The notes below the pieces were generated by a model. That model was not told the DNA's origin and did not search any database. It saw only the letters and a list, made by a program, of their open reading frames with translations. A stretch of DNA of 64,000 nucleotides from a virus (taxonomy: Duplodnaviria; Caudoviricetes): positions 75,875 to 139,874 of IMG/VR virus record IMGVR_UViG_3300026549_000043; one strand, 5' to 3'. The position numbers and the translations under genes are program-made. Shown one piece after another: positions 62,669-64,000 of the stretch. Every line of letters starts with the position of its first letter. The stretch's first letter is position 1.

Positions 62669-62933
62669 TTTCTGGAAACTCTTATATATCATAATGTCAG
62701 TATATAAGACAATCAGAAGCCAAGCTATATAAATTATATAGAAGGTTCAACGACTATCGAAATGGTAACCTAAAAGAAAAATTTAGGTGAGAACAAAGTA
62801 GAGTAGAACTAAAGTTAGTTCGAAATGGAGGGAGTCATAGCGAGGTTGGCAACAAGCTATGATTGTGATATAGTCTAATCTATATGGTGACATATAGAAA
62901 ACAAATGGAAACGATTTGTTTGTAATATAAATG

Positions 62934-64000
62934 GTTGTTAATGACATTTTCATGGTTAAGCCAATGACTTCATTCAGTGGCTACCTCACATACATGGAAT
63001 TCGCCCTTGGTACAGAAAAGGGCGGTGCCGGTGGAATTGCTGAGGCAGATCCATTCAAGAATGCTATGGCTGCTTACCGTGGTGAAGAATACCAGGCTAA
63101 TAATATTGTTAATTCAGCTATTACTGGTCTTGGTGTAATGGATGAGAACCGTGCTCGTTACACAGGTGCTGTTGTCGTTGAATCAGTTGCTGCTGGTGAA
63201 GTTAAGCCTTCATGGACACCTGTTCTTGGTGACGTTGAATTCTTAGCTGAAGGTGGAACAGATTGGGCAAAGTTAGAAGCTGATTCCGAAGGTAAGTTAA
63301 CTGTTGATGCTGCTGGTAAGATTCGTTACCACTATGATAATGAATACATTCCACAGGATAAGCTTCCAACATTAGTTGGCCGCATGAAGGGTATTAACTT
63401 AACAGCTAAGGCTCGTAGAATTGCTGTTTACTATTCACAGTTTGCTGCATTCCAGAGCAAGCAGGACTATGGCATGGACTTCGAAGCTACAATCGCTCAG
63501 CAGGCTCAGGCTGAATTACAGTACGAAATCGATGGTGAAGCTGTATTATTAGTCAAGGAAGCTGCCAAGGGTGTTACTGGTTTAACATGGGTTGATGAAG
63601 AGTTAGATACAATCTCTTACTCAATGAAGGCTGAAGGCTTTGCTAGAGTACTCGAACAGGCTAAGGCTGAGGTTTATAAGAAGACTGGCCGTTGGATGCC
63701 TAACTGGATGTTAGTTGGACCAGAGGTTATGCCTATCTTATCATTCGTCAAGGGATTCCAGCCAGCTGCTAATGCTGTAGTAAATGGACCATACGTTGCT
63801 GGTACTGTTGCTGGCTTAAAGGTTATCGTTTCTCCAATGCTCGGCAAGGAATGCTTACTTGGTGTCTTAGGTGCTGATGGCAAGACAGCTACAGGCGTTT
63901 ACGCTCCATATCTTCCTATAGTACCAACTCAGTTATTAGGTTTTGCTGATGGTACTATGTCTCAGGGTTTCTCTACAATGTATGACATGAGAATTTTAAA
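62934..64000 (+). CDS. Major capsid protein (gp23-like), exon 3; runs off the window end
   Basis: VVNDIFMVKPMTSFSG, LTAKARRI, ELQYEIDGE, GVYAPYLP; strongly biased high-expression codons. Confidence 0.9.

Larger units (their letters stand above)
61754..62933 (+). mobile_element. Group I intron 2 in the capsid gene (1180 nt)
   Basis: P7 GACTAT 62752-62757 / ATAGTC 62870-62875; a 60-nt core block (62703-62762) identical to 61499-61558; P10-like AACAGT/GTTGTT; terminal G. Confidence 0.88.

Noticed and set aside
1338-63883. Minus-strand ORFs and alternative-frame ORFs (e.g. 21142-21474, 30290-30487) in the track
   Set aside because: They lie inside well-supported + strand genes, show no recognisable motifs, and are typical shadows of low-complexity or biased coding sequence.

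Overview
A 64-kb, AT-rich segment of a large lytic tailed phage with a T4-like head module; all credible genes are on the + strand. It carries a GyrA/ParC-type topoisomerase subunit, RecA, a nucleoside-scavenging cluster, a block of probable head-packaged proteins, about 18 kb of modular fibre and LRR genes, lysis genes, terminase, portal, prohead protease-scaffold and a gp23-like major capsid gene. The supplied ORF track is misleading because TGA encodes Trp here. I count 32 in-frame TGAs in 17 genes, several at positions where paralogues in this window have TGG. No gene relies on TGA as its stop. Other highlights: (1) a DUF6267-like/nucleotidyltransferase gene fractured by a naturally split intein, with a free-standing HNH gene between the halves; (2) two group I introns in the capsid gene separated by a 25-nt exon; (3) a covarying three-way-junction/pseudoknot RNA that masks the RBS of both unrelated intron endonucleases; (4) a metallopeptidase-linker-VWA protein split into three genes with matching peptide pairs at each junction; (5) a 10-copy GCTAAATT promoter motif; (6) a 22-bp-period iteron-like array. 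All calls come from manual reading; no database searches were run.
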